From an uncultured Rhodospirillaceae bacterium (lineage in GTDB: Bacteria; Pseudomonadota; Alphaproteobacteria; MPNO01; UBA2964), in assembly GCA_964499275.1 (NCBI GenBank), contig CAZCKO010000001.1:14739-78738 (forward strand): a stretch of 64,000 nt of DNA. Direction: 5' to 3'. This document shows positions 39,542-49,061 of this stretch, in pieces. A program made the translations under genes and the position numbers. A model generated the notes under the pieces. The model saw nothing but the letters and a program-made list of their open reading frames with translations, searched no databases and was not told the DNA's origin. Every line of letters starts with the position of its first letter. The stretch's first letter is position 1.

Positions 39542-40555
39542 CTATAGTGGTCGCGCGAAGACCCCTTGTTTTTGCAGCCGTTCAATTGTTGCTTTAGTAG
39601 TTTCTTTGGTTGCTGGCCCGGTATTGGTCTCCATGAAGGTCTGTTTAGCGAACTCTTGACCAAATAACTCTGATTTTATTTGCGCCGGGTAGTTCATAAA
39701 AACCTCGGTGCGTCGTTTTCGTAACCTCTCCACATCGATCGTGGAGACCAGAACTGATTCGCCTGCCCCATCGATTTCCGAATCCACATTACCGAGATAA
39801 TTGATAACTTTCGAACAACCACGCGATGCCTGTGCAGCAATATACTTACTCTTAATAGCCCCAGCGTTTGCCGAGGCAAGATAGACAAAATTTTCATAGG
39901 CCCGCGACCGACGAGCCTGATCCAAAGTTTGAACCATCGGCCCGTTCCATTCAGCGGTAGGATGCAAAAGAATTTCCGCGCCATGAAAGGTAAGGACGCG
40001 GGAGAGCTCAAAAAAATTCATGTCGTGTTCGACCATCAAGGCTAATCGCCCATATGGCGTATCAAGGACAGGGAATAATGAGCCCTCCCCATAGCGTTCA
40101 ATATAATCGCTATATACATCAGCAGGAGAGGCGTTAGGAATAAGTCCCTCAACATTATGTTCATGAATTTTTCGATATCGAAGTTCTACATCCCCAGAAG
40201 GGCCTATAATAAAACCGGTTGTGAACCAAATTTCTGGCCATTCAGGGTCCTGTTCAAATGCAGCAGTTGCGATATAAACCTGCTGTTCTTTGGCAAAATC
40301 TCCAATTCGTGACGTTTCAGGTCCCGGAATTTGTATGCAGATCTCCTTCCAATCAGCCTCTCGACGGGTGTGGTTAAACCCTTGCAGCCACGCTTCCGGA
40401 AATACTATGACTTTTGCTTCATCACGAAGGATGGCGGTTTCGGCAATATTTAAACCTCGTTCGATATTCCGGCCAATAACAGAATCTCGATCTACTGGAT
40501 CGTCGATAACCTCGATGGCTGCCTGAATGCACGCTAATTGATATTGTTTTGTCAT
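39542..40555 (-). CDS. Carbon–nitrogen hydrolase (AmiE/aliphatic-amidase-like) paralog lacking the catalytic cysteine (Cys→Glu)
   Basis: Conserved Glu (VFPEAW) and Lys (RYRKIH) of the E-K-C triad are present. The position aligned to ALINCYD of the neighbouring paralog reads ALMVEHD. Confidence 0.7.
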   Translation of the reverse strand: MTKQYQLACIQAAIEVIDDPVDRDSVIGRNIERGLNIAETAILRDEAKVIVFPEAWLQGFNHTRREADWKEICIQIPGPETSRIGDFAKEQQVYIATAAFEQDPEWPEIWFTTGFIIGPSGDVELRYRKIHEHNVEGLIPNASPADVYSDYIERYGEGSLFPVLDTPYGRLALMVEHDMNFFELSRVLTFHGAEILLHPTAEWNGPMVQTLDQARRSRAYENFVYLASANAGAIKSKYIAAQASRGCSKVINYLGNVDSEIDGAGESVLVSTIDVERLRKRRTEVFMNYPAQIKSELFGQEFAKQTFMETNTGPATKETTKATIERLQKQGVFARPL

Positions 40556-40557
40556 GA

Positions 40558-41715
40558 TTAAGTCAGCGCCGTATTCTGTTTTTCTGGCTCCCGATCGTTC
40601 CCTAATTCCTCTGGCGGAGCATAAACACCATCACGCAAATAACGCGCAATAACTGCTTCGGTATTCTGGCGAGCTTCAGATTTATGGGCTATGGGATTTT
40701 CTAACCAATGATTAATGCCTGTGGCCTGATGTTTTTTATATTCTTTCGCATAAATCTCGGTCCGACTTTGGGCCAATACATTACCACGTATCTCAGTCCG
40801 TTTCTCACGAAGTGCTTTAAGATCGACAGGACCAATCGCCAAGGCTTCCCCAGGGTTAGGAGATTGACCAACTATTTTACCGTTAAAATCAACAATTTCT
40901 GATCCACCATGCGAACGATGCAGCGGTGCTATTTCACCACTACGACGCTGCTGGAAATTAAGTCCGGGGGAGTCAGCAAATACATCGCCTGAAACTTGTG
41001 CAACATACCCCCCATGATTTGATGAGATCACATACATACAATTTTCAAAAGCACGTGTACGTCTACTCATCTCCCATGAATCACGATGTGGCCCATAGGG
41101 CTCGCCTGTACAATGCAACAGGATTTCTGCTCCATATTGCGCAAATGTCCGCGGCATTTCTGGGAAATTTATGTCATAGCAATTTATCAGTGCGAGCCTA
41201 CCGATCTCTGTATCTACTACCGGAAATACAGCATTCTCACCCCCCTCTTGTTTAACATAAAGATCGTAAAGTCCGGTCGGAGTAGAATAGGTCGCATGTC
41301 CCTGAACATCAGCACCGTTCACCTTACGATAACGAAGTTCCAAGTCGCCGGTGGGGCCGAATAAATAAGCAGAGTTAAACCACCGACCAGGATATGCCGG
41401 ATCATATTCCATCGTCCCACCCGCTACATAAGCCTTATTTTGCTTAGCAAAGTCAGCTAAGGGTTCTAACTCTGGTCCGGGCACCTGGATTGCAATTTCA
41501 CACCATTCCTCAACGGAACGTACATGCTCAACACCGGTTAGGGAAAATTCTGGTAAAACGTAAAGCTTAGCCTGTCCCCACCGGCAACTAACATAATCCA
41601 TCAGCGATAGGTAACGATTAATATTTTCGCGAACTATGGCTTCACGCCACTCTGGCTCCCGCACATGCCGGATGATAGTCTGGACCGCAACAGCTGTATA
41701 TTTTTCGACCATCAA
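40558..41715 (-). CDS. Carbon–nitrogen hydrolase (AmiE/aliphatic-amidase-like), catalytic triad intact
   Basis: LPEFSLTG (Glu), RYRKVN (Lys), LALINCYDINFPE (Cys). A roughly 60-aa C-terminal extension. Confidence 0.75.
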   Translation of the reverse strand: MMVEKYTAVAVQTIIRHVREPEWREAIVRENINRYLSLMDYVSCRWGQAKLYVLPEFSLTGVEHVRSVEEWCEIAIQVPGPELEPLADFAKQNKAYVAGGTMEYDPAYPGRWFNSAYLFGPTGDLELRYRKVNGADVQGHATYSTPTGLYDLYVKQEGGENAVFPVVDTEIGRLALINCYDINFPEMPRTFAQYGAEILLHCTGEPYGPHRDSWEMSRRTRAFENCMYVISSNHGGYVAQVSGDVFADSPGLNFQQRRSGEIAPLHRSHGGSEIVDFNGKIVGQSPNPGEALAIGPVDLKALREKRTEIRGNVLAQSRTEIYAKEYKKHQATGINHWLENPIAHKSEARQNTEAVIARYLRDGVYAPPEELGNDREPEKQNTALT

Positions 41716-41759
41716 TCAAGCCCCCCCTGCTTTCTGGTTAAATCGAATCTTTTTTGTTT

Positions 41760-42917
41760 TTATTCAGCAGCAGCAATACCTTGCTCTTCGCCAAGGTGTC
41801 GTACCGCTGGTATTACTTCATCACGTAATAGTCCTAGTGTTTGGTTTACTTTTTCATCTGGGATATTCCCAATTTTTATACTGAGATTAGTTACGCCGTG
41901 ACCAAACTCTTGATATAGCCGAGTAATCTGTTCAACAGCCATCTCTGGTGTTCCACACATTACTAATCCGCGTTCCATGCGTTCTTCTAATGTCAGCTGT
42001 TTATGTCGTTGTAGCTTTGCTGTCTGGCGCTCTGCATCCTGTTCGTCTTTAAAATACCGAGTTTTTTGTACGACTAATTTTTGTGCGGTCCGAATACCCC
42101 CACCGAGTACATTGAAAAAATAATCATAGCCCCCTTCAAGCGTCTTCATCGCCTCTTTTTTCGTCGGCGCAATTGAACAGTTCATCGCTAAAATTAAATT
42201 TCGGGAAGTTGGTTCCCAACCGTGCTTACGGGAATGCTCCTTGTAGACATCAATAGACCTATGGGCGGATTCGTAATTTTGAATACGCAAGACACCCATA
42301 GTGGCTTTATGTTCTGCGGCGAGTTTGGCAGATGCATCACTACTTGCAGACATTACAATTTCCGGATGAGGCTTTTGCACAGGTTTAGGCCAAATCGAAA
42401 CGGCACGAAATTGATAATGTTCCCCCTCCCAACCAAAGGGCTCGGGCTCGGTCCACGCTTTCTTAATTAATTCGATTGCCTCATTCATTCGCCCATAGGA
42501 TTCGCTCGGGGGCACATTATAAGCAACGTATTCATGAGGTATTCCGCGCATAAAGCCGGCTATTAGCCGGCCTTCCGAGATCATATCCAACATTGCGTAC
42601 TCTTCTGCAACTCTTAGCGGATTGACAATGGGTACAATATTCCCGGATTGGAGGATCATCGCTTTCTCTGTTCGCTCCGCAACACATGCCCCTATTAAAT
42701 TTGGATTTGGCATCAACCCGTAAGGACTCATATGGTGTTCATTATTTCCTATCCAGTCAAAACCACACTCCTCAGCGAAAACCTTATTGTCTATGCCGTT
42801 CCTAAAAATCTTTTGTCCTAATTCGACATCAAATTGTTTGTTGGGAACCGGCCAATCCTGATCCGCAGTTTCGACCCCCGTATACGGCATATGGTGCGTA
42901 TAGGAGAACTTCATCAT
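41760..42917 (-). CDS. LLM-class (bacterial luciferase-like) flavin-dependent monooxygenase
   Basis: 385-aa TIM-barrel LLM family (FDWIGNNEHH...). No flavin reductase in the window. Confidence 0.75.
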   Translation of the reverse strand: MMKFSYTHHMPYTGVETADQDWPVPNKQFDVELGQKIFRNGIDNKVFAEECGFDWIGNNEHHMSPYGLMPNPNLIGACVAERTEKAMILQSGNIVPIVNPLRVAEEYAMLDMISEGRLIAGFMRGIPHEYVAYNVPPSESYGRMNEAIELIKKAWTEPEPFGWEGEHYQFRAVSIWPKPVQKPHPEIVMSASSDASAKLAAEHKATMGVLRIQNYESAHRSIDVYKEHSRKHGWEPTSRNLILAMNCSIAPTKKEAMKTLEGGYDYFFNVLGGGIRTAQKLVVQKTRYFKDEQDAERQTAKLQRHKQLTLEERMERGLVMCGTPEMAVEQITRLYQEFGHGVTNLSIKIGNIPDEKVNQTLGLLRDEVIPAVRHLGEEQGIAAAE

Positions 42918-43057
42918 AGCCTCCGCTTCAGGGTAGCTTTACTACCCGCCTATTAATTCATCATAACAAAATCAACCTGGCGGGACGCACCGCCAAATGC
43001 CCTTTAATTTTGTGCGATTATTTACTTAACGCAATGGCTAATTACGTTATACCTGTT

Positions 43058-43073
43058 ATAGTTATATACTTAT
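43058..43073 (+). promoter_or_regulatory. Quasi-palindromic ATAGTTATATACTTAT (T-N11-A-type) candidate LysR box in the divergent promoter region
   Basis: Imperfect dyad (12/16) within a TTATA-repeat tract 30–45 nt upstream of the LysR ATG. Confidence 0.3.
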
Positions 43074-43102
43074 ATGTTAAAGACAAAGATGATATAAAGA
43101 AA

Positions 43103-44020
43103 ATGTACTCCATAACTTTACGACAGCTAGAAATATTCCGGACCGTCGTTGATGCTGGCTCGTTTAGTGCCGCCGCAGCTGCACTAAAAATTTCACAGCC
43201 CTCAGTTAGTATGCATATTAGGGCACTGGAGACACATTTACGGGAATTGGTTTTTGATCGTCATAAGGGTCAGTCTCCTGTTATTACTGATATCGGTCGC
43301 CGGGTTTATAACCACGCTGAGGAGATCCTTGCACAATCCAAACAAACGCTCTTAGATATTAAATCCCTCAAAACAGTTAAAGACAACGTGTTGTCATTTG
43401 CTGCCCATCGTTTTATTGGGAACCATCTTTTATCCAAACCATTAGCGAATTTTGCAAAACAAAATCCTGGAATCGAAATTATTGCTAATATTGGAGCACT
43501 TGATCAGGCAGTTGAAATGATCCGGAAGCGGGATGTAGACCTTGGTCTTTACCTAGCGAATGGACAAACAAAAGAGGTTATTTCAAAAATTTTAGGGCAT
43601 CAGAAGCTGGCCTTCATTGCTTCCGTCGATCACCCTTTAGCTTCTGGCCAAAACTTGCGTTATCGTGACCTTGCTGAGCACCCCTTCATTGGACCGGTAA
43701 GGGGCACGGATTATGCCAAATTGCTTCAAGGGGTTTTTTATGAGGCGGGTTTTACTAAACACAATACCATAACGCAGTCTCAAAATACTTTGATCCGACG
43801 CGAATTAATTTTATCAGGTGTTGGGTTTTCTTGTATTCTTCAATCTGGCTGGACTGATGATCTCAATATTGGACAATTAGTAGTTCTAGATATGGCTGAA
43901 AATACGCTCTCACTCGAAGTAAGGGTAGGTTCATTATTAGATCGAGAAATTAGCGCCGCATCCCAACAGTTTCTGGAGTATCTAAACCAACTTAGCATCG
44001 AAGGCTATTTCGATGGTTAA
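43103..44020 (+). CDS. LysR-family transcriptional regulator
   Basis: N-terminal HTH (LRQLEIFRTVVDAGSFSAAAAALKISQPSVSMHIRALE) and C-terminal substrate-binding domain. Start at the ATG at 43103. The ORF track starts 93 nt upstream. Confidence 0.85.
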   Translation: MYSITLRQLEIFRTVVDAGSFSAAAAALKISQPSVSMHIRALETHLRELVFDRHKGQSPVITDIGRRVYNHAEEILAQSKQTLLDIKSLKTVKDNVLSFAAHRFIGNHLLSKPLANFAKQNPGIEIIANIGALDQAVEMIRKRDVDLGLYLANGQTKEVISKILGHQKLAFIASVDHPLASGQNLRYRDLAEHPFIGPVRGTDYAKLLQGVFYEAGFTKHNTITQSQNTLIRRELILSGVGFSCILQSGWTDDLNIGQLVVLDMAENTLSLEVRVGSLLDREISAASQQFLEYLNQLSIEGYFDG

Positions 44021-44026
44021 GCATGT

Positions 44027-44806
44027 TCACATACCACAACGTTTTAAGCGAGATGACCAATCTTTTGCATAACTCCAATCTCTTACGTTACGTGCAAAAA
44101 TTTTTTGCTTATTAATTTGTTGAACACAACACAAAGCAAGACACAACATACAAGACAACACTAAAGGACCTGCATCGTTGGCAACATCTGCGATAGGCCT
44201 GAGGGTTGGCATGCCAGTGCCTAACAGTACGATTGCATCATGTTCTGGACCACGAAGGTGTGTTAATGCCTCAGACGCATTTTGAGCTCGCAAACTATAA
44301 ATGGGATGAAAATCACTTTGCTCGTTAAAAGCACTGACCACGTGACCAACCTCAAAACCATGGCTGGACCAGTATTCAGCACTTGCCTCCGTCAATTTCG
44401 GGGGATAGCAGGAAACAAATCCGATTTTCCGCGCCCCAATTGCATTGAGTGCTTCCACTACAGCTAGCCCCGTCGTTATAGCGGGAACGCCAGCACGATT
44501 ACTCCAACGTTCAACTAATTCTGCCTCACGGGCACGACCGACAAGGTATGACGCGCCCGTGCAACCGACTGCAATCGCATCAATAGGGGCATTAGCAAAC
44601 TGCCCGAGAGTGCTTTCCAACCCTTCATAATAATCAATTAATCGGGCTTCTATAGTATCTTCCGAACTAGTTAACCGGGCTGTTATAGTGCTGATGCCCC
44701 GGGGCATCAAAATTTGCATCTCTGGCTCGACTGTTGTGTTGGCTTGTGGCACCAGAACTCCGACCAAACCGCGGGGTGCATATTCCAAAGACAAGCAAAC
44801 CTCCAT
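44027..44806 (-). CDS. Arylmalonate decarboxylase / maleate isomerase / Asp-Glu-hydantoin racemase superfamily protein
   Basis: N-terminal GVLVPQANTTVEPE. First catalytic-site motif AVGCTGAS has Cys. Second pseudo-symmetric motif reads LLGTGMP (Gly, not Cys). Confidence 0.6.
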   Translation of the reverse strand: MEVCLSLEYAPRGLVGVLVPQANTTVEPEMQILMPRGISTITARLTSSEDTIEARLIDYYEGLESTLGQFANAPIDAIAVGCTGASYLVGRAREAELVERWSNRAGVPAITTGLAVVEALNAIGARKIGFVSCYPPKLTEASAEYWSSHGFEVGHVVSAFNEQSDFHPIYSLRAQNASEALTHLRGPEHDAIVLLGTGMPTLRPIADVANDAGPLVLSCMLCLALCCVQQINKQKIFARNVRDWSYAKDWSSRLKRCGM

Positions 44807-44884
44807 CTATGAAGTTATAATCAACTATAAAAGAAAATTACTCAGACTAAATAGCGGTGCAAACTAACTATAAATTAACCTAGA

Positions 44885-46096
44885 TTACAGTAGATCCGGA
44901 AACATATTTGTATCCGTCTCATGAGAATTACCGTCTTTGAACACCCTAGCAGGCACCCAAATTTTTGACGGCTTTATCTCTTCACCCTCCGAATCAGACA
45001 TTTTATGCCTGCTGGAATGCGGTTCCAAAATAGTCATATCTGCAACACTGCCTTTGGCCAAAGTACCTATTTCATTCTCTGAGTTTAGAATAACCGCGGG
45101 CGAGTAGGTTAAACACCTAACGGCCTCATTTAATGGAAGCCCTAACTCTATCAGCCTGTTAAATGCACCAGCGAGGCTATAGTCCAATTTTGAAAAATCA
45201 TGATACGCATTGAAGTCCCCATGCAGATCACTGCTAATCGTATGTGGCGGGTACCCCTTTTCTAACATCATACGAGCTATTCTATACGAAAAATTAATTC
45301 CGTATCCGACATCAAATTTGATTCCGCGGTCATATGCGGCGCTTACACAATCGGGAACGGCATTTGCTCCACCAACCACGCCATCTGGCATATTGCTGTA
45401 AACATGCGCTACGACATCACCAGGTCGCAAATATTGTAGCGTTTTTTCAACTACTGACCTGGGCTCAGGACGCTTCGCATCATCCACCGGGAATAATTCC
45501 CCTGTGTGAACATAAAGGGGTATATCACAGCGCTCTCCGGCCTCTATCGCCTGTTGAAGTACAACCGTATCCCAATGGGAAAGGCCACCAGATTCTCCGT
45601 GGGATTTAATCCCGCAAATCATATCAGGATGACGTTCATACGCATTTACGATTTCTTCAATGCGAGTCATTTGTGGCCCATGCAGGGTAGTCCCCTCCAT
45701 GCCGCCCATTAACGCCCCGGCAAGGTTCGCCGAAACGAAACACCTTACATCGGTAATCGCCTCTTTGCGGATATAGGCCTCAAACCCACCCGCTGTCCAG
45801 GGACCAGAGCTTCCTTGATCAACTACTGTTGTTGCTCCGGAATTAATCCCTGCCTTGTCGGCCGAAATACCAAAATTGGTTACCCATTCATAAACATGGA
45901 CATGCAAGTCTATAAATCCTGGGCAAACAACTTCACCAACAAAATCTATTTGTTCCTTGGATTGTAATGTTGAATCCAATTCCGTACTGAAATACTCAAT
46001 CCTGCCGTTTTTTATACCAATTATCGCCGGTCCAAAATAATCAATAGATGGATCACAAACCGTTTGAGCAGTTATCACCGTATCAAAAATTGTCAT
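44885..46096 (-). CDS. Dihydroorotase-like metal-dependent amidohydrolase (COG3964-type)
   Basis: PGFIDLHVHV metal-binding motif. Start at the ATG at 46096, forming an ATGA overlap with the upstream M20 gene. Confidence 0.65.
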   Translation of the reverse strand: MTIFDTVITAQTVCDPSIDYFGPAIIGIKNGRIEYFSTELDSTLQSKEQIDFVGEVVCPGFIDLHVHVYEWVTNFGISADKAGINSGATTVVDQGSSGPWTAGGFEAYIRKEAITDVRCFVSANLAGALMGGMEGTTLHGPQMTRIEEIVNAYERHPDMICGIKSHGESGGLSHWDTVVLQQAIEAGERCDIPLYVHTGELFPVDDAKRPEPRSVVEKTLQYLRPGDVVAHVYSNMPDGVVGGANAVPDCVSAAYDRGIKFDVGYGINFSYRIARMMLEKGYPPHTISSDLHGDFNAYHDFSKLDYSLAGAFNRLIELGLPLNEAVRCLTYSPAVILNSENEIGTLAKGSVADMTILEPHSSRHKMSDSEGEEIKPSKIWVPARVFKDGNSHETDTNMFPDLL

Positions 46097-47340
46097 AACA
46101 CTTCTTGCATGTTGGCCAACTGGACTAACGTGGTGCACAGCACCTTGGTACCTGCCAAAATGTCACTTTGATTGGTATATTCATTGATGTTGTGACTGAC
46201 CCCATCACATGACGGTACAAAGATCATACCCGAAGGACAAAAATAACTCATTTGACGCGCATCATGACCAGCACCTGAGAAAATACGTCGGCAGGGTAGA
46301 TCAAGATGTTTCGCCTCCTCTTCAATTGCCGAGATAACCTTCTCATTAAATTTAATGGTATCCGCCTCCGCAATACACCAAACATCTGATGAGCATTTCG
46401 ATACAGTTTGGGCCACTAAGTCTCTGACTTTTTTTTCACAATCCAATAGAACTTCGGAATCCGGGTGTCGTAAATCTATAGAAAAAACAACTTCGCTAGC
46501 AACAACTGAAGGCACATTTGGTTCTATTGTTAGCATACCGACTGTAAAACGAATGTCTTCAATAGTTGAAAACACTGTGTACATTTTTTCTATTGTTCTT
46601 GACGCCTCTTCAATCGCATCTTTTCTTAGATCGTAGGGTGTCGTCCCGGCATGGGCTTCATCTCCAATAATCTTCACCCGCATACGCCTGACCCCCTGTA
46701 TTCCGGTAACGGCACCAATGGGGATGCATTCTTTTTCTAGAATGGGACCTTGCTCAATATGTGCCTCTATAAAACAGTACACATCTCTTCCGAATGGAAC
46801 ATTTTTGATGCCCGGTAAATGATCTTGAAGTTTCAGGAGTTCATCCCCGACTGATACCCCTGTTTTATCCTTCACAGCCTTTATCTCTGATATTGGTTTG
46901 ACACCAACATATGCCTCGGATCCCATCATGCCAGGAGCAAACCGGGACCCCTCTTCGTTCATCCAGGCCACTATTTCGATACTTCTTCTGTGTTCTGTCC
47001 TTGAATTGATAATTGCCCGGGCCGCTTCTAGGCCTGCAAGGATACCAAAAGCACCATCAAACTTCCCACCGGTCGGCTGAGTATCAAGGTGCGAACCAGT
47101 CATAACTACCGGCAGATCGGGCTCATTCCCCTCAATGCGAAAAAAAAGGTTACCCACATCGTCGGCAGTTATTTTAAGCCCATATGCTTCTGCCCATGAT
47201 ATACAAAGATCACGTGCCGCAAATTCTTCCGAGGTAAGGGCTTGCCGATTAACCCCCCCGCCTTCAATGCCGCCAATTTCAGCTAGCTCCATCAAATTCG
47301 ACCAGAGCCTTTCAGATTCAATATATTCCGCAAGAGCCAT
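46093..47340 (-). CDS. M20-family Zn-hydrolase of the N-carbamoyl-L-amino-acid hydrolase / allantoate amidohydrolase / beta-ureidopropionase group
   Basis: 415 aa. GSHLDTQPTGGKFDGAFGILAGLEA signature of the AmaB/AllC family. Confidence 0.75.
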   Translation of the reverse strand: MALAEYIESERLWSNLMELAEIGGIEGGGVNRQALTSEEFAARDLCISWAEAYGLKITADDVGNLFFRIEGNEPDLPVVMTGSHLDTQPTGGKFDGAFGILAGLEAARAIINSRTEHRRSIEIVAWMNEEGSRFAPGMMGSEAYVGVKPISEIKAVKDKTGVSVGDELLKLQDHLPGIKNVPFGRDVYCFIEAHIEQGPILEKECIPIGAVTGIQGVRRMRVKIIGDEAHAGTTPYDLRKDAIEEASRTIEKMYTVFSTIEDIRFTVGMLTIEPNVPSVVASEVVFSIDLRHPDSEVLLDCEKKVRDLVAQTVSKCSSDVWCIAEADTIKFNEKVISAIEEEAKHLDLPCRRIFSGAGHDARQMSYFCPSGMIFVPSCDGVSHNINEYTNQSDILAGTKVLCTTLVQLANMQEVL

Positions 47341-47349
47341 GTGCCACTC

Positions 47350-48237
47350 TTAAATTTTTTTCAGTCCAGAAAGCAAAGCCGACTTTCCCAAGTAATCTTT
47401 CTTAGCTGACCAGTTACCCGACTCTGCCATAGCCAAAAACTCAGATAACATTAAATTGGTCAAAGTCGGCTCCTCTAAGTTGACGGTGTGCCCAGTGCGT
47501 GGCATCACACATAACCCTGACATTGGTAAGGTCCGTTTGAGATAAATTGACGGCTCAATGCACCACTCGTCTTCATCACCCACAATGATCAGGGCTGGGG
47601 CATTTACCTTAAGAATATCCTCTTCAAGGTCGTAAAGTGAAGGACGCTTTCGTTGTACACCTAGCATAGTCAGTGCAGCGCCTTGTTTCGAGTGACTGGC
47701 CAACCGGCCTTTGAATGCTTCCCATCCCTTGAAGTCTTTGGTTTTAAATTGTTGTCTAAATGCACCATTCGCATAAAGCTCGGCCATTTCCTCTGAACCA
47801 AGCTCAACGTATTTTTCAGCTAACATTTCTGCATCTTTGGCATATGCTTCCTGCTGGTCCTTGGGAGCGCCATAACCACATGAAATCAATGCTATAGATG
47901 AGGTTTTTTCTGGATACAAGATGGCAAAATGAAGGGCGGCAAAGCCTCCCATCGAACAGCCAATAATATGTGCCGATTTTAGTGAATACCCCTCAAGGAC
48001 TGAATTAATATCCTCAGCGGCAATTTTTTGGGAGTACAGTTCGGGATCCTCCGGTACATCTGATGGTGGATATCCGCGCGCATTGAACGTAATGCATTTG
48101 TATCGCCGCGAGAGAGCGGAAACTTGCATAGACCAGCTTTCAAGGTTATCAGCGAATTCATGAACAAATATGATCGCAGCGCCTTCTCCATACGCTTCCG
48201 TATAAAGCTTGGCACCATTAGCTTCAATTAAAGTCAT
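47350..48237 (-). CDS. Alpha/beta hydrolase
   Basis: GCSMGG nucleophile elbow. 295 aa. Confidence 0.65.
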   Translation of the reverse strand: MTLIEANGAKLYTEAYGEGAAIIFVHEFADNLESWSMQVSALSRRYKCITFNARGYPPSDVPEDPELYSQKIAAEDINSVLEGYSLKSAHIIGCSMGGFAALHFAILYPEKTSSIALISCGYGAPKDQQEAYAKDAEMLAEKYVELGSEEMAELYANGAFRQQFKTKDFKGWEAFKGRLASHSKQGAALTMLGVQRKRPSLYDLEEDILKVNAPALIIVGDEDEWCIEPSIYLKRTLPMSGLCVMPRTGHTVNLEEPTLTNLMLSEFLAMAESGNWSAKKDYLGKSALLSGLKKI

Positions 48238-48239
48238 AT

Positions 48240-49028
48240 TTAAATAGCCTTTACTTGTCCGCCATCTATATCGAAAGAAGCGCCGGTTATATAAGTCGCC
48301 CTATTAGAAGCTAAAAACACAACCAATGCTGCAAGCTCATCTGGCTCGCCATAACGCTTCAAAACTGTTTCCGCGGTCAATATAGCGGTTGCTTCTTTAA
48401 CAGAAATTTGATCCTCTTTCGCTTTTTCCTCTGCAAGATAGATCATTCGATCCGTAGCGAATGGGCCAGGGTTTATCACGTTACACAAAATACCATCTGG
48501 GGCACCTTCTTCTGAAAGTGCCTTACTAATATTTTGAAGAGCAGCGTTAGAAAATCCTGCAGTTATGGCATGAGCATGAGGCTGCCGGCCATGCGTTCCC
48601 GCCATAAAAAGGATACGCCCGCCATTACCTACCGACTGCATTACCCCAAATGCCTCACGTGCCAACCTGATTTGGGCGAATACTTTGGTCTCGGCAGCCT
48701 CGCGCCACATATCGTCTGTCATCTCTAGAAATGGTGCGGTAGCCGCACCGGCTGAATTTGCAATCAAGACGTCAAGTCCATGTTTCCTTGAAACCTCTTC
48801 AATCATGGAGATGGATTGTTCGGCTGATGTCACGTCGCATATGCAGCCTTCAACAACCCCGCAAGTTTCCGCATTCAAATTTTTAACTGCAAAATTGACC
48901 TTTTCCTCATTTCGCCCCGACAGCGTTACCGTTGCACCTTCCAACGCAAACATTCTCGCAATGGAATATCCCAAACCGCTACTAGCTGCACTGACGATGA
49001 CCGACTTTCCTTCAAGCCCCAATTCCAT
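48240..49028 (-). CDS. SDR-family NAD(P)-dependent oxidoreductase
   Basis: N-terminal SAASSGLG dinucleotide-binding motif. 262 aa. Confidence 0.75.
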   Translation of the reverse strand: MELGLEGKSVIVSAASSGLGYSIARMFALEGATVTLSGRNEEKVNFAVKNLNAETCGVVEGCICDVTSAEQSISMIEEVSRKHGLDVLIANSAGAATAPFLEMTDDMWREAAETKVFAQIRLAREAFGVMQSVGNGGRILFMAGTHGRQPHAHAITAGFSNAALQNISKALSEEGAPDGILCNVINPGPFATDRMIYLAEEKAKEDQISVKEATAILTAETVLKRYGEPDELAALVVFLASNRATYITGASFDIDGGQVKAI

Positions 49029-49061
49029 TATTAGCCTCGCTATAAGATATTTTAAATTATT

